Shown one piece after another: positions 29,405 through 40,451 of a DNA stretch of 64,000 nucleotides. The stretch's first letter is position 1. The number at the start of each line of letters is the position of its first letter. The stretch comes from an uncultured beta proteobacterium (GTDB lineage: Bacteria > Pseudomonadota > Gammaproteobacteria > Burkholderiales > SG8-41): NCBI GenBank assembly GCA_903885665.1, contig CAISJL010000004.1, positions 40 through 64,039 of the forward strand, in the 5' to 3' direction. The notes beneath the pieces are model-generated. The model saw only the letters and a list, made by a program, of their open reading frames with translations. It searched no databases and was not told the origin of the DNA. A program made the position numbers and the translations under genes.

Positions 29405-30550
29405 ATGCCGCTCACTTACCTAGACCATAATGCTACGACGCCTATTGATGAGCGGGTGTTGGCAGTCATGTTGCCCTTTTTAAGGGAGCATTATGGTAAC
29501 GCGTCTAGCCGTCATGAACTGGGTACGCGCTCTCGACAAGCGATAGCCCAGGCGCGGGCGCAAGTCGCTGAGTTGGTAGGCGCGCACCCGTCGCAAGTCA
29601 TTTTTACTAGTGGTGGCACTGAGGCTAATAATTTAGTGATTAAAGGGGTGGCGGCAAGTCTCGCTCCTAGCCAGATTGTGATCGGTGCCACGGAACATCT
29701 GTGCGTGATGCATCCTGCTCAGGCTTTAGCGCGTAACGGGTGGCAGTGTCGTCAGTTACCGGTGAGTAGCGCAGGACTGATTTCTGCGCAAGCCCTAACT
29801 GATGCGATGCGCGAACCCACAGCGATGCTCTCTGTGATGCTGGCCAACAATGAGACTGGCGTGATTCAGGATGTGGCCCAATTGGCACATCTGGCGCGTG
29901 AACAAGGGGCGATTGTGCATACCGATGCCGTACAGGCCTTAGGTAAAATTGCGGTAGATTTTGCCGCGCTTGAAGTGCACGCAATGACGCTTTCAGGTCA
30001 TAAGATCAATGGTCCCAAAGGGATAGGGGCTTTGGTGGTGGACAAGCGCCTTGATCTGCAGGCGCAACTCGCTGGCGGTGGACAAGAACGTGGGTTTCGC
30101 GGCGGCACGGAAAACGTTGCAGCGATTGTTGGCTTTGGTGCAGCTTGTGAGCTTGCCAAAGCACGCTTGGCGGCAGCTCATACACATGCCATTACCTTGC
30201 GCCAACATCTAGAAACAGGACTAATTGCGCTAGGCGCATATATTTTTGGCGCTGATGCTACGCGTTTGCCGAATACGGTGTATTTTGCATTGCCTCGGAT
30301 TCATGGTGAGGCGCTGGTCATTGCTTTGGATAATTTGGGATTTGCACTGAGTTCTGGTGCGGCATGTTCTAGCAATCACAGTGGTATATCGACCACCTTG
30401 ATGGCGATGGGAGTTGCTCCTGAATTAGCACACGGAGCAGTGCGTTGTTCGCTGGGTATAACTAACACTGCTATAGAAGTGGATGCGTTGTTGCAAGCTA
30501 TTCGCACTACTGTTGAGCGCATGCAACTTATGAAAGCAGTCGCAGCTTGA
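29405..30550 (+). CDS. class I (NifS/IscS-like) cysteine desulfurase, short form
   Basis: 381 aa with PLP-lysine SGHKINGPKG and active-site loop SSGAACSS. It lacks the C-terminal tail of canonical 404-aa IscS. Confidence 0.88.
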   Translation: MPLTYLDHNATTPIDERVLAVMLPFLREHYGNASSRHELGTRSRQAIAQARAQVAELVGAHPSQVIFTSGGTEANNLVIKGVAASLAPSQIVIGATEHLCVMHPAQALARNGWQCRQLPVSSAGLISAQALTDAMREPTAMLSVMLANNETGVIQDVAQLAHLAREQGAIVHTDAVQALGKIAVDFAALEVHAMTLSGHKINGPKGIGALVVDKRLDLQAQLAGGGQERGFRGGTENVAAIVGFGAACELAKARLAAAHTHAITLRQHLETGLIALGAYIFGADATRLPNTVYFALPRIHGEALVIALDNLGFALSSGAACSSNHSGISTTLMAMGVAPELAHGAVRCSLGITNTAIEVDALLQAIRTTVERMQLMKAVAA

Positions 30551-30568
30551 CTTTGGAGAGAAGATAAA

Positions 30569-30901
30569 ATGTCGATACAGATGACTGAGAGTGCAGCGCG
30601 TCAAATTAGGACGCAGTTGGCTAAACGCGGTAGAGGTTTGGGCTTGCGAGTCGGTGTTAAGAAGGTAGGGTGTTCAGGTTGGGCTTACACCTATGATTAT
30701 GCTGATGACCTGAGTGATGCTGATCAAGTTTTTGAAATGCACTCTGAGAAAATAGTGGTCGATACCGAAAGTCTTTCAGTATTGCAAGGCGCTACATTGG
30801 ATTTTGTGAAAGAAGGTTTGAAGCAAACCTTTAAGTTTAACAATCCCAATGTTGATGCTACCTGTGGATGCGGTGAGAGTTTTAGCGTCAAATCAGAATA
30901 A
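30569..30901 (+). CDS. sufA: A-type Fe-S cluster carrier (SufA/IscA/ErpA family)
   Basis: 110 aa with GCSG and a C-terminal CGCGESF. Confidence 0.88.
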   Translation: MSIQMTESAARQIRTQLAKRGRGLGLRVGVKKVGCSGWAYTYDYADDLSDADQVFEMHSEKIVVDTESLSVLQGATLDFVKEGLKQTFKFNNPNVDATCGCGESFSVKSE

Positions 30902-30965
30902 GGTTTTGACATTCAGTATAGTTTAACGGATGGTCATTGTAGTGTGACCTAATGGATAGATAAGA

Positions 30966-32399
30966 ATGAGTACTGTTTTAGATAATCTAGTCAGCCAACC
31001 CTATCAGCACGGATTTGTCACAGATATTGAATCTGAGACTGCACCAAAGGGCTTGAGTGAAGATACGATTCGCATGATCTCGGCTAAAAAAAATGAGCCC
31101 GAGTGGTTGCTTAAGTTTCGGTTGAATGCGTATCAGCATTGGTTGCAGATGACAGAGCCGCAATGGCCAAATGTAAAATACCCCCAGATTGATTTTCAAG
31201 CGATTAGCTATTATGCGGCGCCTAAACCAAAACTCAAGAAAAGCATGGATGAGGTAGATCCTGAGTTGCTACGCACGTTTGAGAAGCTGGGTGTACCTAT
31301 GCATGAGCGCGCTGCACTAGCTGGTGTTGCAGTAGATGTTATTTTTGATTCGGTATCGGTAACCACAACTTATAGAGAGAAGTTAGCTGAAGTTGGCATT
31401 ATTTTTTGTTCGATATCAGAAGCCGTCCAGCATCATCCGGACTTGGTGCGTCAATACATGGGTTCGGTGGTTCCTGTGACCGACAACTACTACGCAGCCT
31501 TGAACTCCGCAGTGTTTACTGATGGTTCCTTTTGTTTTATTCCTAAGGGTGTGAAATGCCCGATGGAGTTGTCGACATACTTTCGCATCAATACCCAAGA
31601 CTCTGGCCAGTTTGAGCGTACATTAATAATCGCTGAGGATGATGCCACGGTCTCTTATTTGGAAGGCTGCACAGCACCCAAATTCGATACCAATCAACTG
31701 CATGCTGCAGTTGTAGAGTTGGTTGCGCTAGAGCGCGCTGATATTAAATACTCAACTGTACAAAATTGGTATGCGGGTGATGAGAATGGAATTGGCGGGA
31801 TATATAACTTTGTGACTAAGCGCGGCCTGTGTAAAGGTAATCACTCTAAGATATCATGGACACAAGTGGAGACCGGTTCTGCAATTACATGGAAGTATCC
31901 TTCTTGTGTGCTATTGGGTGACCATTCGATAGGTGAGTTCTATTCAGTCGCTTTAACCAATCATCGGCAACAGGCCGATACTGGTACAAAAATGATCCAT
32001 GTCGGGCGGCATACCCGCAGCACAATTATCAGCAAAGGAATTTCTGCCGGCCACTCTCACAACAGTTATCGCGGCTTAGTGAAAGTTGGACCTAAGGCGG
32101 CGGGTGCGCGTAATTTCTCGCAGTGCGACTCTATGCTGATTGGGCAGCAATGTAGTGCGAATACGTTTCCGTATATTCAAGTGCAAAATCCGACGGCTCA
32201 AATTGAGCATGAGGCAACAACTTCAAAAATTGGTGAAGACCAGTTGTTTTATTTTCAAAGTCGAGGTATCAGCACGGAAGAAGCAGTGTCTATGATTATT
32301 AATGGCTTCTGTAAAGAAGTGTTCCAACAATTGCCTATGGAGTTTGCTGTGGAAGCCACAAAACTCTTGGGCTTGAAACTTGAGGGTAGTGTAGGATGA
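30966..32399 (+). CDS. sufB: Fe-S cluster assembly scaffold SufB
   Basis: 477 aa. Typical SufB C-terminal beta-helix region with EGCTAP and HIGRHTRS-type motifs. Confidence 0.93.
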   Translation: MSTVLDNLVSQPYQHGFVTDIESETAPKGLSEDTIRMISAKKNEPEWLLKFRLNAYQHWLQMTEPQWPNVKYPQIDFQAISYYAAPKPKLKKSMDEVDPELLRTFEKLGVPMHERAALAGVAVDVIFDSVSVTTTYREKLAEVGIIFCSISEAVQHHPDLVRQYMGSVVPVTDNYYAALNSAVFTDGSFCFIPKGVKCPMELSTYFRINTQDSGQFERTLIIAEDDATVSYLEGCTAPKFDTNQLHAAVVELVALERADIKYSTVQNWYAGDENGIGGIYNFVTKRGLCKGNHSKISWTQVETGSAITWKYPSCVLLGDHSIGEFYSVALTNHRQQADTGTKMIHVGRHTRSTIISKGISAGHSHNSYRGLVKVGPKAAGARNFSQCDSMLIGQQCSANTFPYIQVQNPTAQIEHEATTSKIGEDQLFYFQSRGISTEEAVSMIINGFCKEVFQQLPMEFAVEATKLLGLKLEGSVG

Positions 32400-33184
32400 T
32401 TAATCCGCAGGCAAGAGTAATTCTCGAAGTGCGTGACTTAACCGCTTCGGTCGCAGGTGTAGATATTCTTAAAGGTATCAACCTTGCCATCCGGGCAGGA
32501 GAGGTACATGCCATCATGGGGCCTAACGGTTCGGGTAAGAGCACCCTCGCTAAAGTGCTCGCTGGCCATCCGGCATATACAGTACAAGGGGGTAGTGCGA
32601 CGTATCTTGGCAGCGATTTATTTGCTAGCAGTTCTGATGAACGTGCCCGTGCAGGTTTGTTTTTGGGTTTTCAGTACCCCGTTGAGATTCCAGGTGTGAC
32701 GAATAGCGCATTTCTGCGACTCGCTTACAATACGGTGCAGTCGGGACGCGGAAAGGATGAGCTTGATCCCTTAGAGTTTGATGATCTTGTGAGGGAGAAG
32801 ATGCGGTTACTGGAAATGGCGCCGGCGTTTTTAAGCCGCAGCGTCAATGATGGGTTCTCGGGTGGCGAGAAAAAACGTAACGAAATATTGCAGATGGCGC
32901 TTTTAGAGCCCACCTTGTCCTTGTTGGATGAGACAGACTCTGGTCTAGATATTGATGCCTTAAGAGTGGTTGCTGGTGGCGTGAATCATTTGTTGTCAGC
33001 AGACAATGCTTGCGTGTTAGTCACGCACTATCAACGCTTACTCAATTACATAACGCCGGACTATGTGCATGTGATGGCAGCAGGGCGAATTATTAAATCC
33101 GGCGGAAAGGATCTAGCGCTGGCATTAGAGGAGCGTGGTTATGACTGGTTATTGGTTGACCAAGCGAATGGGGTATCTGTGTAA
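32396..33184 (+). CDS. sufC: Fe-S cluster assembly ATPase SufC
   Basis: Walker [10 protein letters not shown], signature FSGGEKKR, Walker [11 protein letters not shown]. Overlaps sufB by ATGA. Confidence 0.93.
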   Translation: MINPQARVILEVRDLTASVAGVDILKGINLAIRAGEVHAIMGPNGSGKSTLAKVLAGHPAYTVQGGSATYLGSDLFASSSDERARAGLFLGFQYPVEIPGVTNSAFLRLAYNTVQSGRGKDELDPLEFDDLVREKMRLLEMAPAFLSRSVNDGFSGGEKKRNEILQMALLEPTLSLLDETDSGLDIDALRVVAGGVNHLLSADNACVLVTHYQRLLNYITPDYVHVMAAGRIIKSGGKDLALALEERGYDWLLVDQANGVSV

Positions 33185-34485
33185 TGGCGATTGCAAGTTC
33201 TATTGATTGGATTGCCCAGTTAATTGCTAATCATACTGTGCCGGTAGTGCAGTCGAGTCATTTCCAACAGTTGCGTGCCCAAGCCTTGGAGCAGGCGCAT
33301 CGCTTAATGTTACCCACAACTGCGCAAGAAGAGTGGCGCTTTACTGATTTATCGCCTTTGTTAAGGTTGCAGTTTAAACAAGCACATACCCAGCCCGATG
33401 AAAGTGTGCTTGATGTATCGTCTTGGCAGATACCAGAGGCGACGTTAAGAGTAACACTGATCGATGGAGTGTTTTCGCCAGAGCATTCATCAATTAACCA
33501 ATTGCCTGTAGGTTTGACAATACTGCCCCTGGTACAGGCCTTGGATACACATGGTGCTGCGATTGAAGCGCATCTGCGTAAGCACTCAAAAGATGACGAT
33601 TTATTTGTCGCCTTAAATAATGCATTTTTACAGCATGGATTGTTTATTCATGTTGCTGCTGGTGTGAAGCTGACAGCACCCATCCATTTGTTGTGTGTGG
33701 CGCGAACCGATGCTGTGGTGACTCATCCGCGAATCATATTGATTGCAGATCGAGAGAGCGCATGTTGCGTGATTGAAGATTATGTCAGTGCGTCTGCATC
33801 TGACTATTTGACAAACGTAATGGGGGATGTCAGCCTTGCCCAAGGTGCTGAGCTCAGGCATATCAAAGTGCAGCGAGAAAGCATAGATGCATTTCATGTT
33901 GCAAATTATGCTGTCGATGTGGCGCGTGAAGCGCACTATATATCGCAGACTATGTCTTTTGGTGCGCGACTATCCCGTCATAAGCAGGTGGTCACTCAAA
34001 ACGGAGAGGCTGCAAAAATTACAACCGATGGCCTCGCGTGGATAGAGGGTCGGCAGTTAGCTGATACGCATACTGTGATGGATCATTCGAAGGGCTACGG
34101 GCAGTGTAACCAGGCGCATAAAACGATTGTTGGCGGTGCAGCTCATGCTGTATTTAACGGCAAAATTTTTGTTAGAACGGGTGCGCAATTAACGGATTCA
34201 TCGCAGCAGAGTCGAAATTTATTGTTGTCACCGCGCGCGCATGTCGATACTCAACCGCAATTGGAAATATTTGCTGATGATGTGAAGTGTGCCCATGGCG
34301 CCACCGTCGGCCAGTTGGACGAAGAGTCTTTGTTTTATTTAATAAGTCGCGGCCTGCCAGAACTGCAAGCGCGTAATTTGTTGACTTATGCCTTTGCCGC
34401 TGATCTGATCGATCGTATTCCAGTGCCGTCTCTAGTTGCACAATTGTCACAGAGTGTGATGGCGAGAACAGGGGCTGCTTCATGA
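33184..34485 (+). CDS. sufD: Fe-S cluster assembly protein SufD
   Basis: 433 aa. SufB-paralogous C-terminal region (ADDVKCAHGATVGQLDEESLFYL). Confidence 0.9.
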   Translation: MAIASSIDWIAQLIANHTVPVVQSSHFQQLRAQALEQAHRLMLPTTAQEEWRFTDLSPLLRLQFKQAHTQPDESVLDVSSWQIPEATLRVTLIDGVFSPEHSSINQLPVGLTILPLVQALDTHGAAIEAHLRKHSKDDDLFVALNNAFLQHGLFIHVAAGVKLTAPIHLLCVARTDAVVTHPRIILIADRESACCVIEDYVSASASDYLTNVMGDVSLAQGAELRHIKVQRESIDAFHVANYAVDVAREAHYISQTMSFGARLSRHKQVVTQNGEAAKITTDGLAWIEGRQLADTHTVMDHSKGYGQCNQAHKTIVGGAAHAVFNGKIFVRTGAQLTDSSQQSRNLLLSPRAHVDTQPQLEIFADDVKCAHGATVGQLDEESLFYLISRGLPELQARNLLTYAFAADLIDRIPVPSLVAQLSQSVMARTGAAS

Positions 34486-35726
34486 GCAATGCAGTAGCAG
34501 CGCTTAGCGCTCAAGAAGTTCAGGCTATCCGTCAGGATTTTCCAATTCTTGATTTACAAGTTAATCACAAGCCTTTGGTGTTTTTAGATAATGCTGCCTC
34601 TAGTCAAATGCCCAGTGCAGTGATGTCGCGTTGGCAACACTATCATTCAGCACAACATGCCAATATTCATCGGGCTGTGCATTATTTATCAGAGACTGCA
34701 ACTGCTGAATATGAAGCTGCTCGCCAAAAAGTGCAGCAATTTATAGGTGCTGCTGAAGCTCGAGAAATTATTTTTACTAGCGGCACCACTGAGTCTATTA
34801 ATTTAGTGGCCCATAGTTATGGCCGCAGTACATTGCAGGCGGGTGATGAGATTATCTTAACCACGCTGGAGCATCATTCTAATATCGTCCCTTGGCAGAT
34901 GGTGGCTGAAGCCTGTGGTGCAAAAATCCGTGTTGTACCGATTAATGATCAAGGTGAAGTGGATGTCGACGCTTATCGTTGCTTATTTAATGCTAAGACG
35001 CGTATCGTTGGCTTAACCCATGTTTCAAATGCTCTAGGTACAATCAATCCGGTGCGAGAGATGGTTGCGATAGCGCATCAACACGGTGCAGTCGTGTTGG
35101 TGGATGGTGCGCAAGCTGCACCGCATTTAGCGCTAAATGTGCAAGAGTTAGATTGTGATTTCTATGTGTTTTCAGGTCATAAGTTGTGTGGCCCTACCGG
35201 TGTAGGTGTGCTCTATGGTCGGGCTGCATTATTAGAGGCAATGCCACCTTATAAAGGGGGTGGCGATATGATTTTGACCGTAACTTTTGAGCGTACGACT
35301 TACGCGCCTATCCCCGCAAAATTTGAAGCAGGTACACCCGCGATTGGTGCAGTGATCACGCTAGGAGCGGCGCTGGATTATCTGTCTAATATTGGGATGA
35401 ATAGGATTGCAGCTTATGAAGCACAGTTGCTACGCTGTGCCACTAATCGGCTGGCAGCTATGCCAGGCGTGCGTTTGATAGGTACAGCTACTCATAAAGC
35501 AGCAGTATTGTCGTTTACCGTGGATGGAGTGCATCCACATGACCTGGGGTCTTTGCTGAACGATGATGGTGTGGCGATTCGCACTGGGCATCATTGCGCT
35601 CAGCCGGTCATGCAGCGCTATGGTATAGCGGCGACTTGCCGAGCATCTTTTGCGTTTTATAATACGGAAGCTGAAATTGATGTGCTGGCCGAATCTGTGG
35701 CCAGAGTTCAGCTGTTATTTTCTTGA
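34482..35726 (+). CDS. sufS: class II cysteine desulfurase SufS
   Basis: FSGHKLCGPTGVGVLYG (PLP lysine) and RTGHHCAQP (active Cys). Confidence 0.93.
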   Translation: MSNAVAALSAQEVQAIRQDFPILDLQVNHKPLVFLDNAASSQMPSAVMSRWQHYHSAQHANIHRAVHYLSETATAEYEAARQKVQQFIGAAEAREIIFTSGTTESINLVAHSYGRSTLQAGDEIILTTLEHHSNIVPWQMVAEACGAKIRVVPINDQGEVDVDAYRCLFNAKTRIVGLTHVSNALGTINPVREMVAIAHQHGAVVLVDGAQAAPHLALNVQELDCDFYVFSGHKLCGPTGVGVLYGRAALLEAMPPYKGGGDMILTVTFERTTYAPIPAKFEAGTPAIGAVITLGAALDYLSNIGMNRIAAYEAQLLRCATNRLAAMPGVRLIGTATHKAAVLSFTVDGVHPHDLGSLLNDDGVAIRTGHHCAQPVMQRYGIAATCRASFAFYNTEAEIDVLAESVARVQLLFS

Positions 35727-35769
35727 ACGGGTATTGCAGTTTATTAGTTTCTTGAAATGAGATTGGTTT

Positions 35770-36213
35770 ATGGATAGTCGGCAGTTGTATCAGGAAATGA
35801 TTCTCGAACATAATAAAAAACCCCGAAACTGGGGTTTGCTCGAGCAGTCAACGCATCGCTCTGAAGGGGTAAATCCTCTGTGTGGCGATCACATTTTTTT
35901 GTCGCTACGCATGGCAGATGATCGCGTAGAGGCTGTTGGATTTAGTGGTGAGTCTTGTGCAATTTGTAAGGCCTCGGCGTCGATGATGACAAGCTTGATT
36001 AAGGGGCGGCAACGTCATGAAGCTGAACAAATGGTGCAAGAGTTTAGAGATATGACGACTGGTAAATTAGACCCTGCAGCACCGCATCATCTGGGTCGAT
36101 TAACCGTGTTTGCGGGCGTGCGTGATCTGCCGACCCGTGTGAAATGTGCGGTACTTCCTTGGCATACACTGCATGCTGCTTTGGCAGGAGCTGATGTGAC
36201 CTCTACTGAATGA
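35770..36213 (+). CDS. sufU: SUF-system NifU-family sulfur acceptor (SufU-like)
   Basis: 147 aa with NPLCGD and ESCAICKASAS motifs. Confidence 0.82.
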   Translation: MDSRQLYQEMILEHNKKPRNWGLLEQSTHRSEGVNPLCGDHIFLSLRMADDRVEAVGFSGESCAICKASASMMTSLIKGRQRHEAEQMVQEFRDMTTGKLDPAAPHHLGRLTVFAGVRDLPTRVKCAVLPWHTLHAALAGADVTSTE

Positions 36214-36232
36214 TTTTATAGCGATACTTGAT

Positions 36233-36799
36233 ATGCCTAAAATTGCAGATATTGAAACCACCCCTAATCCCAATGCGATGAAGTTTATATTGCGTGAACC
36301 TCTGACCTGGGGCGTCACGCGATCCTACGATAATCCAGAGCAAGCGGTAGGTGATCCATTAGCGTCGGCATTGTTTGATATCGAGTATGTCACTAATGTG
36401 TTTTATGTCGACCATTGGATTACAGTCACACAAAATGGGCGAGCTGACTGGGAGACGCTCAAGCGTGAATTAGCGGTGCCAATACGTGAGGCGGCGTCAG
36501 CGGACGCACATTCAGCCACGCTGGCAGAGCAAGCAGCTGATATGCTTGACCCAGAGCTGTTGAGTGAAGAGGATAGAATTAAACTGGATCAGATTAACGC
36601 GGTACTCGATGAGCAGGTTAGACCATTTTTACAAAATGACGGTGGCGATCTGTATGTGACTGGCTTATCTGGTCAAGTGCTGTCAGTCCATTATCAGGGT
36701 GCATGCGGTAGCTGTCCGAGCTCATTGTCAGGCACTTTGGCAGGCATTGAAAGTTTGGTGCGACAAATTGATCCTGAAATGCAGGTTGTAGCGGTGTAG
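36233..36799 (+). CDS. Nfu/NifU-type Fe-S carrier (Nfu N-terminal domain plus NifU C-terminal CxxC domain)
   Basis: IETTPNPNAMKF at the N-terminus and GACGSCPSS near the C-terminus. Confidence 0.82.
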   Translation: MPKIADIETTPNPNAMKFILREPLTWGVTRSYDNPEQAVGDPLASALFDIEYVTNVFYVDHWITVTQNGRADWETLKRELAVPIREAASADAHSATLAEQAADMLDPELLSEEDRIKLDQINAVLDEQVRPFLQNDGGDLYVTGLSGQVLSVHYQGACGSCPSSLSGTLAGIESLVRQIDPEMQVVAV

Positions 36800-36801
36800 T
36801 C

Positions 36802-37122
36802 ATGGCCGATTGGGTAACGGTAGCACAGGCTGATGAAATTGCCCCTGGTGCAGTCAAAGTGGTTGACCTTGATGGTGCAAATGTTGCCATTTTTAATATC
36901 GATGGCGAGTATCTAGCGCTCGAAGATGTGTGTAGCCATGATGGTGGTGAATTGGCGAGCGGCAAAGTTGACGGTGATCAAATTATATGTGCTCGTCATG
37001 GTGCGCGGTTTTGTTTGCGCACTGGTGAAGCCTTGTGCGCACCGGCCTATGAGCCTACGGCAGTATTCCCTGTGCAAATGCTAGGTAGTGCAATTCAAAT
37101 CAAAGATGAGCGTTGGGATTGA
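36802..37122 (+). CDS. Rieske [2Fe-2S] ferredoxin-like protein
   Basis: 106 aa with CSHDGG ... CARHGARF (Rieske ligands). Starts 2 nt after the nfu stop. Confidence 0.85.
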   Translation: MADWVTVAQADEIAPGAVKVVDLDGANVAIFNIDGEYLALEDVCSHDGGELASGKVDGDQIICARHGARFCLRTGEALCAPAYEPTAVFPVQMLGSAIQIKDERWD

Positions 37123-37625
37123 CAGCAATGCAATATCTAAAAAATTATTTAAAATCAATAACTTAATTGATAAAAGCAAGGCTTTCATAGTATATGGCGT
37201 TGCCCCAGAGTTCATTTAACGGTTAATGCGATTAGAGCGTTTATAGTGCTTGGCCGCATCATTTTTTACTAAACCTAAACCAAATGAGTTTGGTTTCTAT
37301 GTCAGAGGGGTAGTGTGAACAGGCTTCATGATCTAAATAAATGTAGTCATGCTTACGCCTGCATAGTCTGAACAAGTGTTTTTCTAAGAAAACCACTGAT
37401 TCACTTAATGTAGTGAATATAGCCGTTAGTTAATGACCAATTTAAATCACGCACATCATTTACAAGTTGTCGTTCGTGAAATAACTCGATATTTATTATC
37501 ACTAATACGCTTAAAGCACTTAGCAATCCTGCGGAAGGTAAAATATCGCTGAGTTGATTTCTGTTCTAGCCCACCATAATACACAATCTAGTATTTCTGC
37601 TTTTGAACATATAAGTATTGAACTG

Positions 37626-38296
37626 ATGATTAAAGAAGCTGTTTTTATAATTTTATGCTTTGCTTCTCAGGTATTTGCGCAAAGCACTTTGCCAGTGCAG
37701 ATTCACCATATGCATTCATACCTAAGGGATATGTCATTACCGAAACAATTCGGGGAGATTTAAATAAAGACGGGCTTGAAGATTATGTATTCATAACTAA
37801 GGGTACACTCAGTACTGGAATCGTTAAAGATGAAATGCGCGACTTACTAGATCGTAACCGACGCGGCATTGTGGTGGTATTCAATCAAAAAACTAAATAC
37901 GTGCTAGCACTTGAATTTCAAAACTGTTTTTCATCAGAAAACGAAGATGGCGGTCTTTATATGCCACCTTATCTGAATATTTACATCCAAAAGGGTGGTT
38001 TGTTTGTTCACTATGCACACGGGCGATATGGTTACTGGAGGTATATATTTCGCTATATAAACTCTGAATTTGTGCTGATCGGCTACGATAGAGAAGAGGC
38101 TCATGGCCCTGACATATTGAGCGCAATCAGCATCAACTTACTGACAAAAAGAATGAGTATTAAAGAAAATAGTAATCCTAATTACACCCCTATAAAGTTG
38201 AAACAGAAATGGATGAAATTTTCGATCAAAAAGCCGATTAGACTGGTTGACTTTTCGGATTTTGATGAATGTAAATCTACGCTCTTTGAATGCTAA
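37626..38296 (+). pseudogene. low-GC secreted hypothetical protein, with its signal peptide out of frame (apparent 1-nt deletion)
   Basis: ATG 37626 encodes MIKEAVFIILCFASQVFAQ in one frame. The 213-aa body (..SADSPYAFIPKGYVITETIRGDLNKDGLEDYVF..) is in the -1 frame. The frames join if caaag (37680-37684) were caaaag. Confidence 0.55.
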
Positions 38297-38518
38297 ATGC
38301 CATAAGAAGTTGTTTGGTGTATAAGCTTTATGGTTGGCTCTTAGACTCGGACTTAAACTCGTAGTCTTTAGATGAATATCCAATTATTTTATAGCTTAAG
38401 TTGATGTCGTCAAAGATCTTGCATCTTTGATATGATGTGACTGGTCAAGAATAAATCCATTGATGGATACAATTACAAACAAGCAATCAATCCGCTTGTT
38501 TTTGAGAGGGGGTTCGCT

Positions 38519-40195
38519 ATGGTAACCATGTCAAATCCAATGTTCCAACGACTAAGCAGGCGCCAATGGTTGTCGAATACCGCGCAATTCAGTGGTGGCC
38601 TATTGCTGAGTGCAGCGACCCCACTGTATGCCCAAAGCAGCGATCATGCGGTAGTGGAGACTATTTCGGGTAGAGTACGCGGACTGCGTACCAACGGTAT
38701 CTACAGCTTCAAAGGTATTCATTATGGTGCGAACACCGGAGGCGCTAATCGCTGGTTGCCGCCGCAAGCAGTTGCCCCGTGGTCTGGGATTAAAGACGCC
38801 ATCGCGTATGGTCCTCGTGCCCCTCAAAATGAGCGCCCTGCATTAGAGCCGCATTTGGCATGGATTCGTGATGGCCGCCCGCTTAGTGAAGACTGTTTGG
38901 TATTGAATGTATTTACCCCTGCCATTCATGATCAGGGTCGTCGACCAGTTTTGGTCTACATTCATGGGGGTGGTTTTGTTTCGGGCGCGAGCAGTGCGCC
39001 TGGTCTTGATGGACATCACTTTGCGCAGCGTGGTGATGTGGTGATGGTATCGCTAAATCACAGATTGAATGTGTTCGGTCATCTATCCCTTGCCTTAGAT
39101 GCTGGTGAGGCCTACAGAGATGCCGGTAATGTTGGTATGTTAGATATCATTCAAGCCTTGCAATGGGTGCGTCAACACATTAGTCAATTTGGTGGAGACC
39201 CAAATAATGTCACCATCTCTGGTCAATCAGGCGGCGCATCTAAAGTCGCAGTGTTAATGGCGATGCCGCAGGCTCGTGGATTATTTCATAAGGCCATTGT
39301 GCAAAGTGCATCATCACTATTACGTATGGCGACTCCCGATGAAGCACAGCGTAATACTTATTATTTACTCAAACAATTGAATCTAGATGAGTCGCATATC
39401 AAGGTTTTGCGTGAGATGCCCGTTGCTACATTGTTAGCAGCGATGCAAAAGGCAGTTGCTGCAGCAGGGCGAGTGGATAATTATCGGCCGGTTGTTGATG
39501 GTCGTGCACTACCTACTCACCCGTTTGATCCCAGCGCTGCGAGTATATCCCGCGATATTCCGATGATGATTGGATCATGTGAGAATGAAATGACATTCCC
39601 ATATTCGCAGGTCATGGAAAATTTCCAATATAATGAATCGCAAGCCTTAGCTAAGGTGCAAGACTTCGTGGGTGTGGATGAGGCTCAAGCGCGTCAACTC
39701 ATGCAACTATATCGTAGGTCACGGCCCCAAGCGTCTGCCAGTGATTTGTGGGTTGCCATTAGTACTGATCATCAGTATCGGCGCAATGTGATTAAAGCCT
39801 CGGAGCTGAAGTCTGATTTGTCAGCCGCCCCTTCTTGGCATTATTTGTTTACTTGGAAGACTCCGGTATTGAATGGGTTATTAAAGTCTCCTCATACGAT
39901 TTGCATACCGTTTTCGTTCGGTAATGTTGATATTGCGAGTGGTATTACCGGCAGTAGTCCAGAGAGATATGCGCTGCAACATGCAATGATGGATGCTTGG
40001 TATGCGTTTATGCGTACAGGTAATCCGAATCATGCGGGAATTCCGAAATGGCAACCGTATCATGTGCAACAACATCCCACTATGCTTTGGGATAACACTT
40101 GTCGTGTGGTAGATGACCCTGCGCGTGAAGAGAGAATGGCGATGAGTGCCATGCCTGCATACCGTGCAGATGGTAGTCGGGTTAAGTCTAGCTAA
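38519..40195 (+). CDS. type B carboxylesterase/lipase family protein with a Tat-like signal
   Basis: 558 aa with SRRQWLS twin-arginine-like motif, HGGGF oxyanion motif and nucleophile elbow GQSGGAS. Confidence 0.88.
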   Translation: MVTMSNPMFQRLSRRQWLSNTAQFSGGLLLSAATPLYAQSSDHAVVETISGRVRGLRTNGIYSFKGIHYGANTGGANRWLPPQAVAPWSGIKDAIAYGPRAPQNERPALEPHLAWIRDGRPLSEDCLVLNVFTPAIHDQGRRPVLVYIHGGGFVSGASSAPGLDGHHFAQRGDVVMVSLNHRLNVFGHLSLALDAGEAYRDAGNVGMLDIIQALQWVRQHISQFGGDPNNVTISGQSGGASKVAVLMAMPQARGLFHKAIVQSASSLLRMATPDEAQRNTYYLLKQLNLDESHIKVLREMPVATLLAAMQKAVAAAGRVDNYRPVVDGRALPTHPFDPSAASISRDIPMMIGSCENEMTFPYSQVMENFQYNESQALAKVQDFVGVDEAQARQLMQLYRRSRPQASASDLWVAISTDHQYRRNVIKASELKSDLSAAPSWHYLFTWKTPVLNGLLKSPHTICIPFSFGNVDIASGITGSSPERYALQHAMMDAWYAFMRTGNPNHAGIPKWQPYHVQQHPTMLWDNTCRVVDDPAREERMAMSAMPAYRADGSRVKSS

Positions 40196-40313
40196 AGTCT
40201 AGCTAGAGTTTTAACCGAGTCTCACTGCATTTTCACTAGAGGCTCACCAAGTTCGCGTAAAAGCCCTACTAATTCGATTGGGTGTTAGGCGATCATATCT
40301 AGCGTATAGGGCT

Positions 40314-40354
40314 AAACGATTACGGATCATTGATTTGGAGCTCCGTAATCGTTT
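40314..40354. terminator. perfect 13-bp inverted repeat between convergent genes
   Basis: aaacgattacgga - 15 nt loop - tccgtaatcgttt(t). The T-run is short, so terminator function is inferred. Confidence 0.5.
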
Positions 40355-40451
40355 TCAGGCTTTATGAATAGTTTTTTATGAATAATTACTAATCAACTGT
40401 ACGTGCAATACCATTTTTGCGTTTTAAACAACGATCAGCACAGATCTAGTG

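Noticed and set aside
37554-37763. 69-aa ORF treated as an independent small gene
   Set aside because: Its C-terminal part is just the out-of-frame read of the downstream gene. Only its embedded signal-peptide-like segment (from ATG 37626) is meaningful, as the displaced N-terminus of the 37655-38296 protein.
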